Assembly (NCBI GenBank): GCA_044344255.1
Contig: JBIJDH010000039.1
Location: 1-51,946 of the forward strand
Direction: 5' to 3'
Source: Myxococcota bacterium
Lineage (GTDB): Bacteria; Myxococcota_A; UBA796; UBA2385
Length of the DNA: 51,946 bases
Position numbers and translations under genes: made by a program
In this document: positions 1 through 9,311 of the stretch, piece after piece
Layout: the number at the start of each line of letters is the position of its first letter
How positions within the stretch are numbered: the first letter of the stretch is position 1
The notes under the pieces: model-generated
The model's database searches: none
The model's input: the letters and a program-made list of their open reading frames with translations, nothing else
What the model was told of the DNA's origin: nothing

Positions 1-73
1 CTCCCCCGTAAGACGGGGGAGGGTAAGGCCTCAGCGCCGCTGCGGCGCCACCTCCCCCGTAAGACGGGGGAGG
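1..73. repeat. Two REP-like palindromes CTCCCCCGT-AAG-ACGGGGGAG with a GC palindrome between them, inside the pfa3 frame
   Basis: Identical copies at 1-21 and 52-72 (51-bp period); GCGCCGC-T-GCGGCGC at 34-48. Confidence 0.8.
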
Positions 74-2752
74 ATGAGCCTCGAGCGCGGCGAGCTGCAT
101 CATCGTGGCGAGGCTGCGCTCGCGGAGGGACAGGAAGGCCTGATGCTGGCTCGCCTGGGCCTCGAGGGCCTGTCGGTGCACCACGCCGGTGAAGGCGAGC
201 GCGTTGTGGATCGCCGCCGCCACCGCCTCGGCGGTGGAGTCGTGACCTGGCGTCCAGGCGTCCTCCAAGGGGGGCCCCTCTGCGAGGGTCGGCGCCCGGG
301 TGTCGAAGACGGAGGGCAGCGCGGGCGCGGCGGGCATCGTGCTCATTGGGCTTCTCTTCACCGTCGGGGGGCCGAGCGGGGGCAGGGCCGGCGCCGGCAG
401 GTGGGCGGGGAGGCGGAGGGTCTGGCCGGTGAAGGGCGGGGCGGCGGACCACTTCGGCGCAGACGGCGGGGGAGGGGAGAGGTGGACGAAGGCCCGGGCC
501 CCCTCGAGGCCGCGGAGCTCGAGGCTGAGCGGCCCGCGGTGGGTGAGGTCTCGGCGCAGCGGGTCTCCGGCGCCGAGGTCGAGGGCGGCCTCGATGACGG
601 ACTGGAGGCCCGAGGCGGCGTGGGCGGAGGGGGCTCGGGGCGGCCGCAGCACGGGGCCAGCGCCGGCGGGCTCGACCACGGCGAGGATCGGGAGCCCGAG
701 CGAGAGGGCGTCGTCGAGGCGGCGCAGCACGAGCACGAAGGCGGCGTCGAGGGGCGGCGGCGCGCCGGGGGACAGCTCGGCGAGGGCGCGGACGTGCACA
801 GGCTCGTGGGAGAGGTCGACGGCGCCGACCACGGCGGCGTCAAGGCTCCCGACGGAGAGGGCCTCGACGGCGAGGCGGAGGGCCTCGACGCCGGAGAGCT
901 CCTCGGCGGAGACGGTGAAGCTCGGGCCGGCGAGGTCAAACTGGAAGTTGATCCGGTTGGCCGGGAGGTTCGGCATGGTGCCGAGCACGCCCGCGGCCTC
1001 GAGGCCGGGCACGAAGGCGTCCTTCGCGGCGGCGACGGACTCGGCGGGCTCGCCGAGGGCGGCGAGCCAGGTGGAGATCCGCCAGCGGGCCCCCCAGCGG
1101 GCGACCTCGGCGTCGGTGCCCATGCCCATCAGCACGGCGGTGCGGTCGCGCGGGAGGGCGTGATCGCGCAGCGCCTCGGCGGCGGCGGCGAGCAGGAGCG
1201 TGTGCTGGGCGATGCCCTGGGCGAGGTCCCGCGGCGGGAAGCGCAGGCCGGCGATCGGCAGCTCCACGGCCTCGGCGCGGGTCGAGCCGGGGGCCTGGAG
1301 GTCCTTGGGGTTGTGGGCCTGTCCCCGGGCGGCGAGCCAGGCGGCGGTGTCCGGCGCGTCGCCCACTCGGGCGGCGAGGCCGACGATGGCGACCCGCGCG
1401 GTGGGCACGCGGGGGAGCGAGCCGAGGATGTGCCCCCGCTCGTACTCTTCGACCACGACGTGCGCGTTGTTGCCGCCAAAGCCGAAGGCCGAGATGCCGG
1501 CGGTGCGGGGGCTGGCGCCGCGCTCCCAGGGCTCGGCCGCCTGGAGCACCCGGAAGGGGGAGCCGGCGAGCGCAGGGTTGAGGACAGTCGCGTGCAGGGA
1601 GGGCGGCCGGACGCCGGCCTTCATCGCCTCGCTCACCTTGAGCAGGGCGGCGAGGCCGGCCACGGTCACGAGGTGGCCGAGGTTCGACTTGAGCGAGCCG
1701 ATCGGCAGGCCCTCGTGACCGGTGAACAGGCGGCCCATGCTCTTGAGCTCGGTCGCGTCGCCCACGGGGGTGCCGGTGGCGTGGCACTCGAGGAGGCCCA
1801 CGCGGTCGAGCTCGAGGCCGGTCCAGGCGGCCCGCAGGGCGCGGAGCTGGCCGGCCTCGGCGGGGGCGAGCAGCCCGCGGTCGCGGCCGTCGTTGCTGAG
1901 GCCCACGCCGCGGAGGACGGCGTGGATCTCGTCGCCGTCGCGCACGGCGTCGTCGAGGCGCTTGAGCGCCACCACCACGCAGCCCTCCGCCGGCAACAGC
2001 CCGTCGGCCTCCTTGTGGAAGGGGCGGCTCTGCCCGCTCCGAGACAGGGCCGACAGGGCGCAGAAGCCGACGTGGATGAACAGATCGTCGGCGCGGTTGA
2101 CGGCGCCGGAGAGCACGAGGTCGGCCCGCCCCTGGGCGAGCGCGTCGCAGCCCTGGGCGAGGGCGTAGAGGCCCGAGGCACAGGCGGCGTCGAGCGACCA
2201 GGCGCCGCCGCCGAGCCCGAGGGTGCGGGCGAGCAGCAGGGCGGGCAGGCCGGAGGGGAAGCGGTCGCGGGCGGGTCGGTCGCGGAGGCCGGCCTGCGCG
2301 CGTTGGGCGTCGGACCAGCCGTTGGCGCCGAGCCAGTCCCAGGCGGCCCGCTCGGCTTGCCCGGCCGAAGGGAAGCTCAGGTTGCCGAGGATGACACGGG
2401 CGCGCGCCTTCTGGGGGTTCTTCACCGGGGCCAGCGCGAGGCGGCCGCAGTGGAGCACCCACTGGAAGAGGGGGTCTAGGGCAGAGAGCTCGTCCTTCGG
2501 GATGCAGAAGCCGGTCGGGTCGAAGACGTCCTCGAAGCCCGAGACATAGCCGCCGCGGTCCGACCAGGTCCGGTCCTTGCTCTCTCCTTTGGGGGCGCAG
2601 GCGATGCTCTGGGGATCGAGGCCCCAGCGACCCGCAGGGACGGAGCGTGTGAGGTCGCGGCCGGCGAGCACCGCCTCTCCCAGGGCCTCGGGGGACAGCG
2701 CGCCGGGGAGCACGCAGGCGCGGCCGACGACCGCGATGGGGACGGACAGCAT
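2..2752 (-). CDS. pfa3: PUFA synthase Pfa3 (PfaC-like): KS-CLF-linker; 3' end lies beyond the left window edge
   Basis: Absent from the ORF track because the frame stays open to the edge. ATG at 2752 overlaps the pfa2 TAA (TAATG). Hand translation: MLSVPIAVVGRACVLPG, KS motifs WSLDAACASG, ECHATGT, KSNLGH, SAFGFGGNNAH, then CLF with Cys replaced (GPSFTVSAEELSG). Confidence 0.9.
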   Translation of the reverse strand, partial: MLSVPIAVVGRACVLPGALSPEALGEAVLAGRDLTRSVPAGRWGLDPQSIACAPKGESKDRTWSDRGGYVSGFEDVFDPTGFCIPKDELSALDPLFQWVLHCGRLALAPVKNPQKARARVILGNLSFPSAGQAERAAWDWLGANGWSDAQRAQAGLRDRPARDRFPSGLPALLLARTLGLGGGAWSLDAACASGLYALAQGCDALAQGRADLVLSGAVNRADDLFIHVGFCALSALSRSGQSRPFHKEADGLLPAEGCVVVALKRLDDAVRDGDEIHAVLRGVGLSNDGRDRGLLAPAEAGQLRALRAAWTGLELDRVGLLECHATGTPVGDATELKSMGRLFTGHEGLPIGSLKSNLGHLVTVAGLAALLKVSEAMKAGVRPPSLHATVLNPALAGSPFRVLQAAEPWERGASPRTAGISAFGFGGNNAHVVVEEYERGHILGSLPRVPTARVAIVGLAARVGDAPDTAAWLAARGQAHNPKDLQAPGSTRAEAVELPIAGLRFPPRDLAQGIAQHTLLLAAAAEALRDHALPRDRTAVLMGMGTDAEVARWGARWRISTWLAALGEPAESVAAAKDAFVPGLEAAGVLGTMPNLPANRINFQFDLAGPSFTVSAEELSGVEALRLAVEALSVGSLDAAVVGAVDLSHEPVHVRALAELSPGAPPPLDAAFVLVLRRLDDALSLGLPILAVVEPAGAGPVLRPPRAPSAHAASGLQSVIEAALDLGAGDPLRRDLTHRGPLSLELRGLEGARAFVHLSPPPPSAPKWSAAPPFTGQTLRLPAHLPAPALPPLGPPTVKRSPMSTMPAAPALPSVFDTRAPTLAEGPPLEDAWTPGHDSTAEAVAAAIHNALAFTGVVHRQALEAQASQHQAFLSLRERSLATMMQLAALEAHPPPSYGGGGAAAALRPYPPPSYGG

Positions 2753-5700
2753 TACGCTTGGGCCGGCTCGCCAGGGCGCCGGTGGGTCTCGACGCCCTCG
2801 AAGGCGAGGACGACGACCCCCTGCTCATCGAGCATCCAGAGGTCGGACACGGTGCGCTCACCCCGGCTCGAGCGGCCGACCAGCACGGCGCGGAGGGGCC
2901 CGGCGAGGGGCTCGGGGCGGTAGCTGCGCACGCTGCCGATGGCGGTCGGGAGGGCGGCGCCGCCGAGCATGTGCTTGGACCAGAGCACCGCGAGCTGCAG
3001 CGCCCCGTCATTGACGGCGGGGTCGGTGGTCCAGGCGAGCGACGGCCAGCCGAGGGCGCTCATGTCGGTGAGGCGGGCGGCGAGGCCCTCGGCGCTCACC
3101 CCCTCCATCGCCGTGATGACCTGGAAGCGGGGCCCGTGGAAGAGGGCGTGGCCGTCGTAGACGGGGCGGTCGGCCCAGCCCTCGAGGCGGGGCTCGGCGG
3201 CGCGGGGGCCGGGGCGCGGGGCGGCGGGGCCGGTGCGGGCGCGGGCGGTGTAGCGGAGGCCGCCGGTGGCGTCGCGGAGCTCGACCAGCAGCTCATCCTC
3301 GGCGAGTGCCTTCACCGTGAGCAAGAGGCGGCCCGGGCGCTCGGCGTAGCTGGGGAGCGGGATGCCGCGCAGCACCTTGACGTCGCGCAGCTCCTGGAGG
3401 AAGAGCCCCGGGCGGAAGGCCTGGACGGCGCGGGTGAACCACTCGAGGGCGAAGACGACCGGCACCACGGGCACGCCCTGGATGCTGTGGTCGTCGAGCA
3501 CGGTGAAGCGCCCGTCCACCACGATCTCGTAGCGGGCCTCGGCGGGGGCGCGCTGGCCGGCCAGGGCCTCGGCCTTGGGCTCGCCGCCGAGCACCACCTC
3601 ACCCTCGCGGGAGGGGTCGAGCAGCTCGTCTACGAAGGCGTGTGCGCCGTCCAGGATGGGGATCATCGGCACGCCGCGGGCGGCGAAGAGCGCCTTGAGC
3701 GCGGGGGTGACCATGCCCCCCTCCCAGGGGCCCCAGCCGAGGGCGCGCACGACGCAGCCGGGGCGGCGGGCGGCCTCGGCCCAGGCGACCTTGTTCAGCA
3801 CCTCGTTGGCCATCGCGTAGTCGCACTGCCCGGCGTTGCCGGCCCGGGCGGCGACCGAGCTGAAGAGGAGGATGGCGGCGAGCGGGTCGCCGGCGGTGCG
3901 GTCGAGCAGGGCCTGGAGGCCCGCCACCTTGGTGTCGTAGACGCGGGCGAAGGCCTCGTCGGACTTCTCGGCGATGGCCTTGTCGGCGATGACACCCGCG
4001 CCGTGCACGAGGGCCTGGATGGGCCCCCAGGCGGCGCGGACCGCGGCGAGGGCCTCGCCGAGGGAGGCGGCGTCGGCGGCGTCGGCGGCGAGGTAGCGGG
4101 CCTCGGAGCCGCGGGCCTGGAGGCCGAGGAGCGTGGCCTCGACCTCGCGGCTGGCCAGGATCTGGCTCACCTGCTTCGAGATCTGAGCGGGGGCGGGCCG
4201 CTCGCCGCGGGAGATGGCGGCGGCGACGAGGGCCTTCTTGAGCGCGCCCTCGTCGGCGGCGCCGCGGGCCTCGGCGGGCTCGGGGAGGAGGGGGGTGCGG
4301 CCGAGGAGGGCGAAGCGGCAGGGCTGCGCCTCGGCGAGGGAGAGGCAGCAGGCGGCGGTGACCCCGCGGGCGCCGCCGGTGACGACGACCACGGCGCGCT
4401 CGGGGAGGGGGCGGCCGGCGCGGGGCGCGGCCGGGGTGGACACGCTGCGGGGGACGCGGCGGAGGCCGTCGGCCCGCAGGGCGACCTCGCGCTCGGGGCC
4501 GCCGGCGAGGAGCTCGTCGAGGATCACGCGGGCGACCACCGGGGCGGGTCGGCCGCCGACCTCGACGTCGAGCGCCTTGACGGCCCGGTCCGGCCACTCC
4601 TGGGCGCCTGTGCGGGCGAGGGCGGAGAGGCCGGAGAGCCAGGCCCGGGAGACGGCCCCCTCGGGGGCGAGGACGGGCTCGGCGCCGAAGCTCCCGCCGG
4701 TGTCCTGGACCGTGAGGAAGACCCCGCCCCCCGGGAGGCGCGCGAAGGCCCGGGCGGCCTCGAAGGCGCGCCGATCGAGGGCCGTGGCGGCCGCCCGATC
4801 GGGGAGGGCGGAGAGGCCGGTCAACACGAGCAGGCTGCGGGTCTCCGCGGTGGGTTCGCCCACCGCGGCGTCGTAGCCGCGCTCGCGCAACAGGCCGACC
4901 AGGGCGTCGGCCACGCCAAGGTCATCGGGGATCACGCGCACCGTGCCGGCCCCCAGCCCAGCGAGCACGAGGCCCGCGGCTGGGATCTTCACCAATTCGA
5001 GGGTGAAGCGGCCGATCGCTCGGCCGGTGCGCTCAGAGGGGTTTACGAGGCTCCCGGCGGTCGAAGGGGAGGCGGCGGCGCCCCCGAGCTTCGACATCAG
5101 GTGCTCTTGGATCTGGCCGAGCGTGCGCAGGCTGGCCATCTCGGCCGCCTCGACCTCGGGGAGGCCGGGGGCCCGCTCCTGCACGGCGGACAGGATCTCG
5201 ACCCGCTTGATCGAGTCGATGCCGAGGTCCCCCTCGAGCTCCATGTCGAGGTGGAGGAGATCGGCGGGGTAGCCGGTCTTGTCCGCCACGATGGCGAGCA
5301 GCAGGGCGGGGAGGTCGATGTTGCCGCCCTTCCCGGCGGGCGCGGCCTGGGCGGGCGCGGCGGCGTGGACGCCGTTGGCCGCGGCGGGGGCGGTCGGGAC
5401 GGGGGCGGGCTTCGCCGGGGCCGCCGGCGCGGGCGCCGCTCCGCCGGACTTCTCACGGAGGAAGCTCAGGATCTGTCCGAGCGTCTTCATGCTGGCGACG
5501 GCGGCGGGGTCGACCTCTGGGAGCCCGGGCACCTTCTCCTGCATGGCGCCGAGGATCTCGACCCGCTTGATGGAGTCGACCCCGAGGTCGCCCTCGAGCT
5601 CCATCTCGAGGTGGAGGAGGTCGGCGGGGTAGCCGGTCTTGTCGGCGACGACGGCGAGCAGGGTGGCGCCGAGGTCGGCGACCGGCGCCTTCGCGGCCAC

Positions 5701-8700
5701 CGGCGCGGCGGCGACCGGCGCGGGCTTCACCGCAGGCGCGGGGGCGGGCTTCACCGCGGGCGCGGCGGCGACCGGCGCCGGGGCGACCGGCGCCGGGGCC
5801 ACCGGAGCCGGAGCAGCGTAGACCGGGGCCGGGGCGGCGTAGACCGGGGCCGGGGCGGCGTAGACCGGTGCCGGGGCGGCGTAGACCGGTGCCGGCGCGG
5901 CGTAGACCGGGGCCGGCGCGGCGAGCTGGCGCGGCGGGGCCGGTGTCCAGGCGGCGGCGGGCGCAGCCGAGAGGGGCTGGCCGGTGAGCGCGCTCGTGAG
6001 GCCGAGGAAGCCCGTCTCCACCGTGCGGAGGAAGCGGTCGTGCCCGGCCGTCATGGCGTTCTGCCAGGCAGCGTGGGCCTCGGCGGTCTGCCGCTGGGCC
6101 TCCTGCCAGGCGCCGAGCCAGGCGGGCCCCGGGGCCGAGGGGGCCGCGGCGTAGGTCACCAGGCCGGCGCTGGGCGTCGGGCTGGCGGGGTTGAGGGCCG
6201 GGGCGGGCGCGAGCGCGCTCGGGGCCGGCCGCAGGGGTGCCGTCACGGGGGTCTCCTCCAGGACATTCGGGGGCGGTGCTGTCGGGGGCGGTGCTGTCGG
6301 GGGCGGTGCTGTCGGGGGCGGGGTCTTCTGAGCTGCAGGGGCGCTCGCCGGCGTCGCGGCGACGGGCGCCGTCGCCGGGGCGACGGTGGCGCGCGGCGGG
6401 TTCGGCTTCGGCAGGCCGGCGGCGCCGTTGGGCGGCGGGTAGGGCTGGCCGTAGTTCGAGCCATTGATAGGGATCGCCAGCTTGGGCTTGGCGCGCGCGG
6501 CGGGGTCGTCGGGGGCCTCGAGGTGGCTGTCCAGCCGCGCCACGTCGAAGGCCTGTCCGGCGACGAGCAGCCGGGCGAGGCCGAGCAGCAGGGCCGGGTG
6601 GCCGTCTCGGCCCTTACGGTCGAGCTCGACGGCGACGTGGGGGCGGCCCTCGAGGATGCGGCTCACCATGCCGGTGAGCACCGAGCCCGGGCCCACCTCC
6701 ACGAAGCGCCGCACGCCCGCGTTCCAGAGCCCTAGGACGAGCTCCACCCAGCGCACGGGCTGCGCGAGCTGACGGCCGAGCTGGTCGCGGAGGGCCTCGG
6801 GGTCTTCGGGGTAGGGCTGCGCGGTCTCATTTGACCAGGCGGGGATGCGGGGGGCGTAGACCGCGACGGCGTCGAGGGCGGCGCGGAAGGGCTCGGCCGA
6901 GGCCGCGACGACCGGGCTGTGGAAGGCGGTGGCCACGCGGAGGCGGTTGAAGCGCAGGCCCTCGGCGCTCAGCCGGGCCTCGACGGCCTCGATGGCGGCC
7001 CGCGGCCCGGAGAGCACCACCTGATCGGGGCTGTTGTCGTTGGCGAGCACCACGTCGTCGATGCCCCAGCCGACGAGGCGGAGGCGGAGCTCGGCGGCGC
7101 CGCAGGTCACGGCGGTCATCGCCCCCTCGGTGGAGGCGGCGGCCTCGGCCATGCGCTGGCCGCGGGCCAGGGCCACGCCGAGCACCTCGTCGCGGGAGAG
7201 GGCGCCGGCGGCGTGCAGCGCCATCACCTCGCCGAAGCTGTGGCCGGCCGTGGCGTCCGGAGAGAGGCCGATGCGGCCGAGCACGTCGAGCAGGGCGAGG
7301 CTGGCGGCGCCGATGGCGGGCTGGGCGACGTCGGTGGCGGTGAGGCGGGCCTCCTGGCTGGCCTGCGCTTCGGCGTCGAAGGTGGGCCGCGGGAAGACCG
7401 CCTCCTGCAGCGGCAGGGCGGTGGGGAGGGCGGCGGCGTGGTCCCAGGCGGCGAGGGCCTCGGGCCAGCGGATGGCGAGGCCGGCGCCCATGTCGAGGTA
7501 CTGCGAGCCCTGGCCCGGGAAGAGGAAGGCCGTCTGGCCCTCGCCCACCGCCTCGAGGGAAATGAAGAGCCCGTCTGGGGAGCTGAGCTCGGCGCCGGCT
7601 CCGGCCTCGAGCCAGGCCAGGGCCCGCTCGAGCTTCGCCTGGAGCTCCGCCTCGCTGCTGGCCACGAGGGCGAGGCGGGCGGGGCGGCTCGTGTAGGCGT
7701 GGCGTCGGGAGTGGGCCAGCCAGGCGAGGCTGCCGGGCAGGCGGGGCGCGGCGAGCAGGGCCCGCACGGAGGCGGCGAGCTCGGCGGCGCTCCCGGCGGA
7801 GAGCGGGAGGAGCTCCATCGGGCTCGATCGGAGCTGGGGCGCCTTGTGCGCGCCCCGGTACTCCTCCACCGCGAGGTGGAAGTTCGAGCCGCCGAAGCCG
7901 AAGCTGCTGACGCCGGCGCGGCGGGGGTGGTCTCCGGCGCGCACCCAGGGGCGGAGGCGGGTCGAGAGGTAGAAGGGGGAGCGCTCGAGGTGGAGCTTCG
8001 AGTTCGGGCGGTCGATCTTGATGGTGGCCGGCAGCACGCCCTGGTGGAGCGACATCACCGCCTTGAACAGCCCCGCCGCGCCCGCCGCCGCCTTGGCGTG
8101 GCCGATCTGCGACTTGACCGAGCCGAGCGCGCACCACTGGCGGTCGGTGCGGCCGGATTCGTCGAAGGCGAGGCGCAGGCCCTCGAACTCGGCGGCGTCG
8201 CCGGCCTTGGTGCCGGTGCCGTGGGCCTCGACGAGCTCGACGGTGGCGGCGCTGTAGCCGGCCTGGGCGTAGGCCCGGCGGAGGGCCTTGGCCTGACCGG
8301 TGGCCACGGGCGCGTAGACAGACTTCGAGCGGCCGTCCGAGCTCGTGCCGACCCCGCGGAGGAGCCCGTAGATGCGGTTGCCGTCGCGCTCGGCGTCGGC
8401 GAGGCGCTTGAGGGCGAACATGCCGATGCCCTCGCCCAGCATCGTGCCGTCGCCGGCGTCGGAGAAGGGCCGACAGTCGCCGGTGGGGCTGAGCGCGGGC
8501 GTCTTCGAGAAGCACATGTACATGAAGATGTCGTTCATGGTGTCCACGCCGCCCGTGATCACCAGATCCGAAGAGCCCAAGTGGAGCTCGCTCACGCCCA
8601 TCGCGAGGGCGGAGAAGGTGCTGGCGCAGGCGGCGTCCGTGACACAGTTCGTGCCGCCGAGGTCGAGCCGGTTGGCGATGCGCCCGGCGACGACGTTGCC

Positions 8701-9294
8701 GAGCAGGCCCGGGAAGGTGGCCTCCTGCCAGGGCGCGTAGTGGGCGGTGATGCGGGCGCAGATGGCCTCGACCTCGTCCTCGGGGAGGCCGGCCTCGCGG
8801 AGCGACTTCACCCAGATCGGGCGCTGCAGCCGGCTCACCATCGCGCCGAGCAGGCCCTGGGCGCTGGTCACGCCGAGGATGACCGAGGTGCGGTCGCGGT
8901 TGACCTCCTTGTGGGCCTTGCTCGCCTCGTCGAGGACCCGCTGGGCCACGATCAAGGCGAGGAGCTGGCTCGTGTCGGTGGCCGACAGGATCGAGGGCGG
9001 CACCCCCCAGCCGAGCGCGTCGAAGTCGACGTCACGGAGGAAGGCCCCGCGCTTGGCGTAGGTCTTGTCGGGCTTGGTGGGGTCGGGGTCGTAGTAGTCC
9101 TCGGTCAACCAGTGGGTCGGCGGGACGTCGGTGATGAGGTCGGTGCCGGCGAGGATGTCGCGCCAGAAGCCGGTCGACTCGATGCTGCCCGGGAAGAGCG
9201 CGCTCAGGCCGACGATGGCGATGGGGGCGCGCTCGACGGCGACGGCGGCGGCGGTGTTGTCGCCCAGGGAGACACGGTCATCAGAGACGGTCAT
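2752..9294 (-). CDS. pfa2: PUFA synthase Pfa2 (PfaA-like): KS-AT-ACP-ACP-KR-DH, 2180 aa
   Basis: C-terminal part of the 3674-aa track ORF; start MTVSDD at 9294. KS DAACAS/EAHGTGT/KSQIGH; AT GQGSQ, GHSFGE, AFHS; two ACPs LGVDSIKRVEIL and LGIDSIKRVEIL; KR VTGGARGV...YAMANE; DH HSIQGVPVVP. Confidence 0.95.
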   Translation of the reverse strand: MTVSDDRVSLGDNTAAAVAVERAPIAIVGLSALFPGSIESTGFWRDILAGTDLITDVPPTHWLTEDYYDPDPTKPDKTYAKRGAFLRDVDFDALGWGVPPSILSATDTSQLLALIVAQRVLDEASKAHKEVNRDRTSVILGVTSAQGLLGAMVSRLQRPIWVKSLREAGLPEDEVEAICARITAHYAPWQEATFPGLLGNVVAGRIANRLDLGGTNCVTDAACASTFSALAMGVSELHLGSSDLVITGGVDTMNDIFMYMCFSKTPALSPTGDCRPFSDAGDGTMLGEGIGMFALKRLADAERDGNRIYGLLRGVGTSSDGRSKSVYAPVATGQAKALRRAYAQAGYSAATVELVEAHGTGTKAGDAAEFEGLRLAFDESGRTDRQWCALGSVKSQIGHAKAAAGAAGLFKAVMSLHQGVLPATIKIDRPNSKLHLERSPFYLSTRLRPWVRAGDHPRRAGVSSFGFGGSNFHLAVEEYRGAHKAPQLRSSPMELLPLSAGSAAELAASVRALLAAPRLPGSLAWLAHSRRHAYTSRPARLALVASSEAELQAKLERALAWLEAGAGAELSSPDGLFISLEAVGEGQTAFLFPGQGSQYLDMGAGLAIRWPEALAAWDHAAALPTALPLQEAVFPRPTFDAEAQASQEARLTATDVAQPAIGAASLALLDVLGRIGLSPDATAGHSFGEVMALHAAGALSRDEVLGVALARGQRMAEAAASTEGAMTAVTCGAAELRLRLVGWGIDDVVLANDNSPDQVVLSGPRAAIEAVEARLSAEGLRFNRLRVATAFHSPVVAASAEPFRAALDAVAVYAPRIPAWSNETAQPYPEDPEALRDQLGRQLAQPVRWVELVLGLWNAGVRRFVEVGPGSVLTGMVSRILEGRPHVAVELDRKGRDGHPALLLGLARLLVAGQAFDVARLDSHLEAPDDPAARAKPKLAIPINGSNYGQPYPPPNGAAGLPKPNPPRATVAPATAPVAATPASAPAAQKTPPPTAPPPTAPPPTAPPPNVLEETPVTAPLRPAPSALAPAPALNPASPTPSAGLVTYAAAPSAPGPAWLGAWQEAQRQTAEAHAAWQNAMTAGHDRFLRTVETGFLGLTSALTGQPLSAAPAAAWTPAPPRQLAAPAPVYAAPAPVYAAPAPVYAAPAPVYAAPAPVYAAPAPVAPAPVAPAPVAAAPAVKPAPAPAVKPAPVAAAPVAAKAPVADLGATLLAVVADKTGYPADLLHLEMELEGDLGVDSIKRVEILGAMQEKVPGLPEVDPAAVASMKTLGQILSFLREKSGGAAPAPAAPAKPAPVPTAPAAANGVHAAAPAQAAPAGKGGNIDLPALLLAIVADKTGYPADLLHLDMELEGDLGIDSIKRVEILSAVQERAPGLPEVEAAEMASLRTLGQIQEHLMSKLGGAAASPSTAGSLVNPSERTGRAIGRFTLELVKIPAAGLVLAGLGAGTVRVIPDDLGVADALVGLLRERGYDAAVGEPTAETRSLLVLTGLSALPDRAAATALDRRAFEAARAFARLPGGGVFLTVQDTGGSFGAEPVLAPEGAVSRAWLSGLSALARTGAQEWPDRAVKALDVEVGGRPAPVVARVILDELLAGGPEREVALRADGLRRVPRSVSTPAAPRAGRPLPERAVVVVTGGARGVTAACCLSLAEAQPCRFALLGRTPLLPEPAEARGAADEGALKKALVAAAISRGERPAPAQISKQVSQILASREVEATLLGLQARGSEARYLAADAADAASLGEALAAVRAAWGPIQALVHGAGVIADKAIAEKSDEAFARVYDTKVAGLQALLDRTAGDPLAAILLFSSVAARAGNAGQCDYAMANEVLNKVAWAEAARRPGCVVRALGWGPWEGGMVTPALKALFAARGVPMIPILDGAHAFVDELLDPSREGEVVLGGEPKAEALAGQRAPAEARYEIVVDGRFTVLDDHSIQGVPVVPVVFALEWFTRAVQAFRPGLFLQELRDVKVLRGIPLPSYAERPGRLLLTVKALAEDELLVELRDATGGLRYTARARTGPAAPRPGPRAAEPRLEGWADRPVYDGHALFHGPRFQVITAMEGVSAEGLAARLTDMSALGWPSLAWTTDPAVNDGALQLAVLWSKHMLGGAALPTAIGSVRSYRPEPLAGPLRAVLVGRSSRGERTVSDLWMLDEQGVVVLAFEGVETHRRPGEPAQA
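5800..5922 (-). repeat. 21-bp coding tandem repeat (AAPAPVY x5) in the Pfa2 pre-ACP linker
   Basis: Repeated gcgtagaccggggccggggcg-like units. Confidence 0.9.
6267..6321 (-). repeat. 15-bp perfect coding tandem repeat (PPPTA, ~3.6 copies) in the Pfa2 post-AT linker
   Basis: tcgggggcggtgctg repeated. Confidence 0.9.
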
Positions 9295-9311
9295 GGGGGT
9301 CTCGGCCTCGC

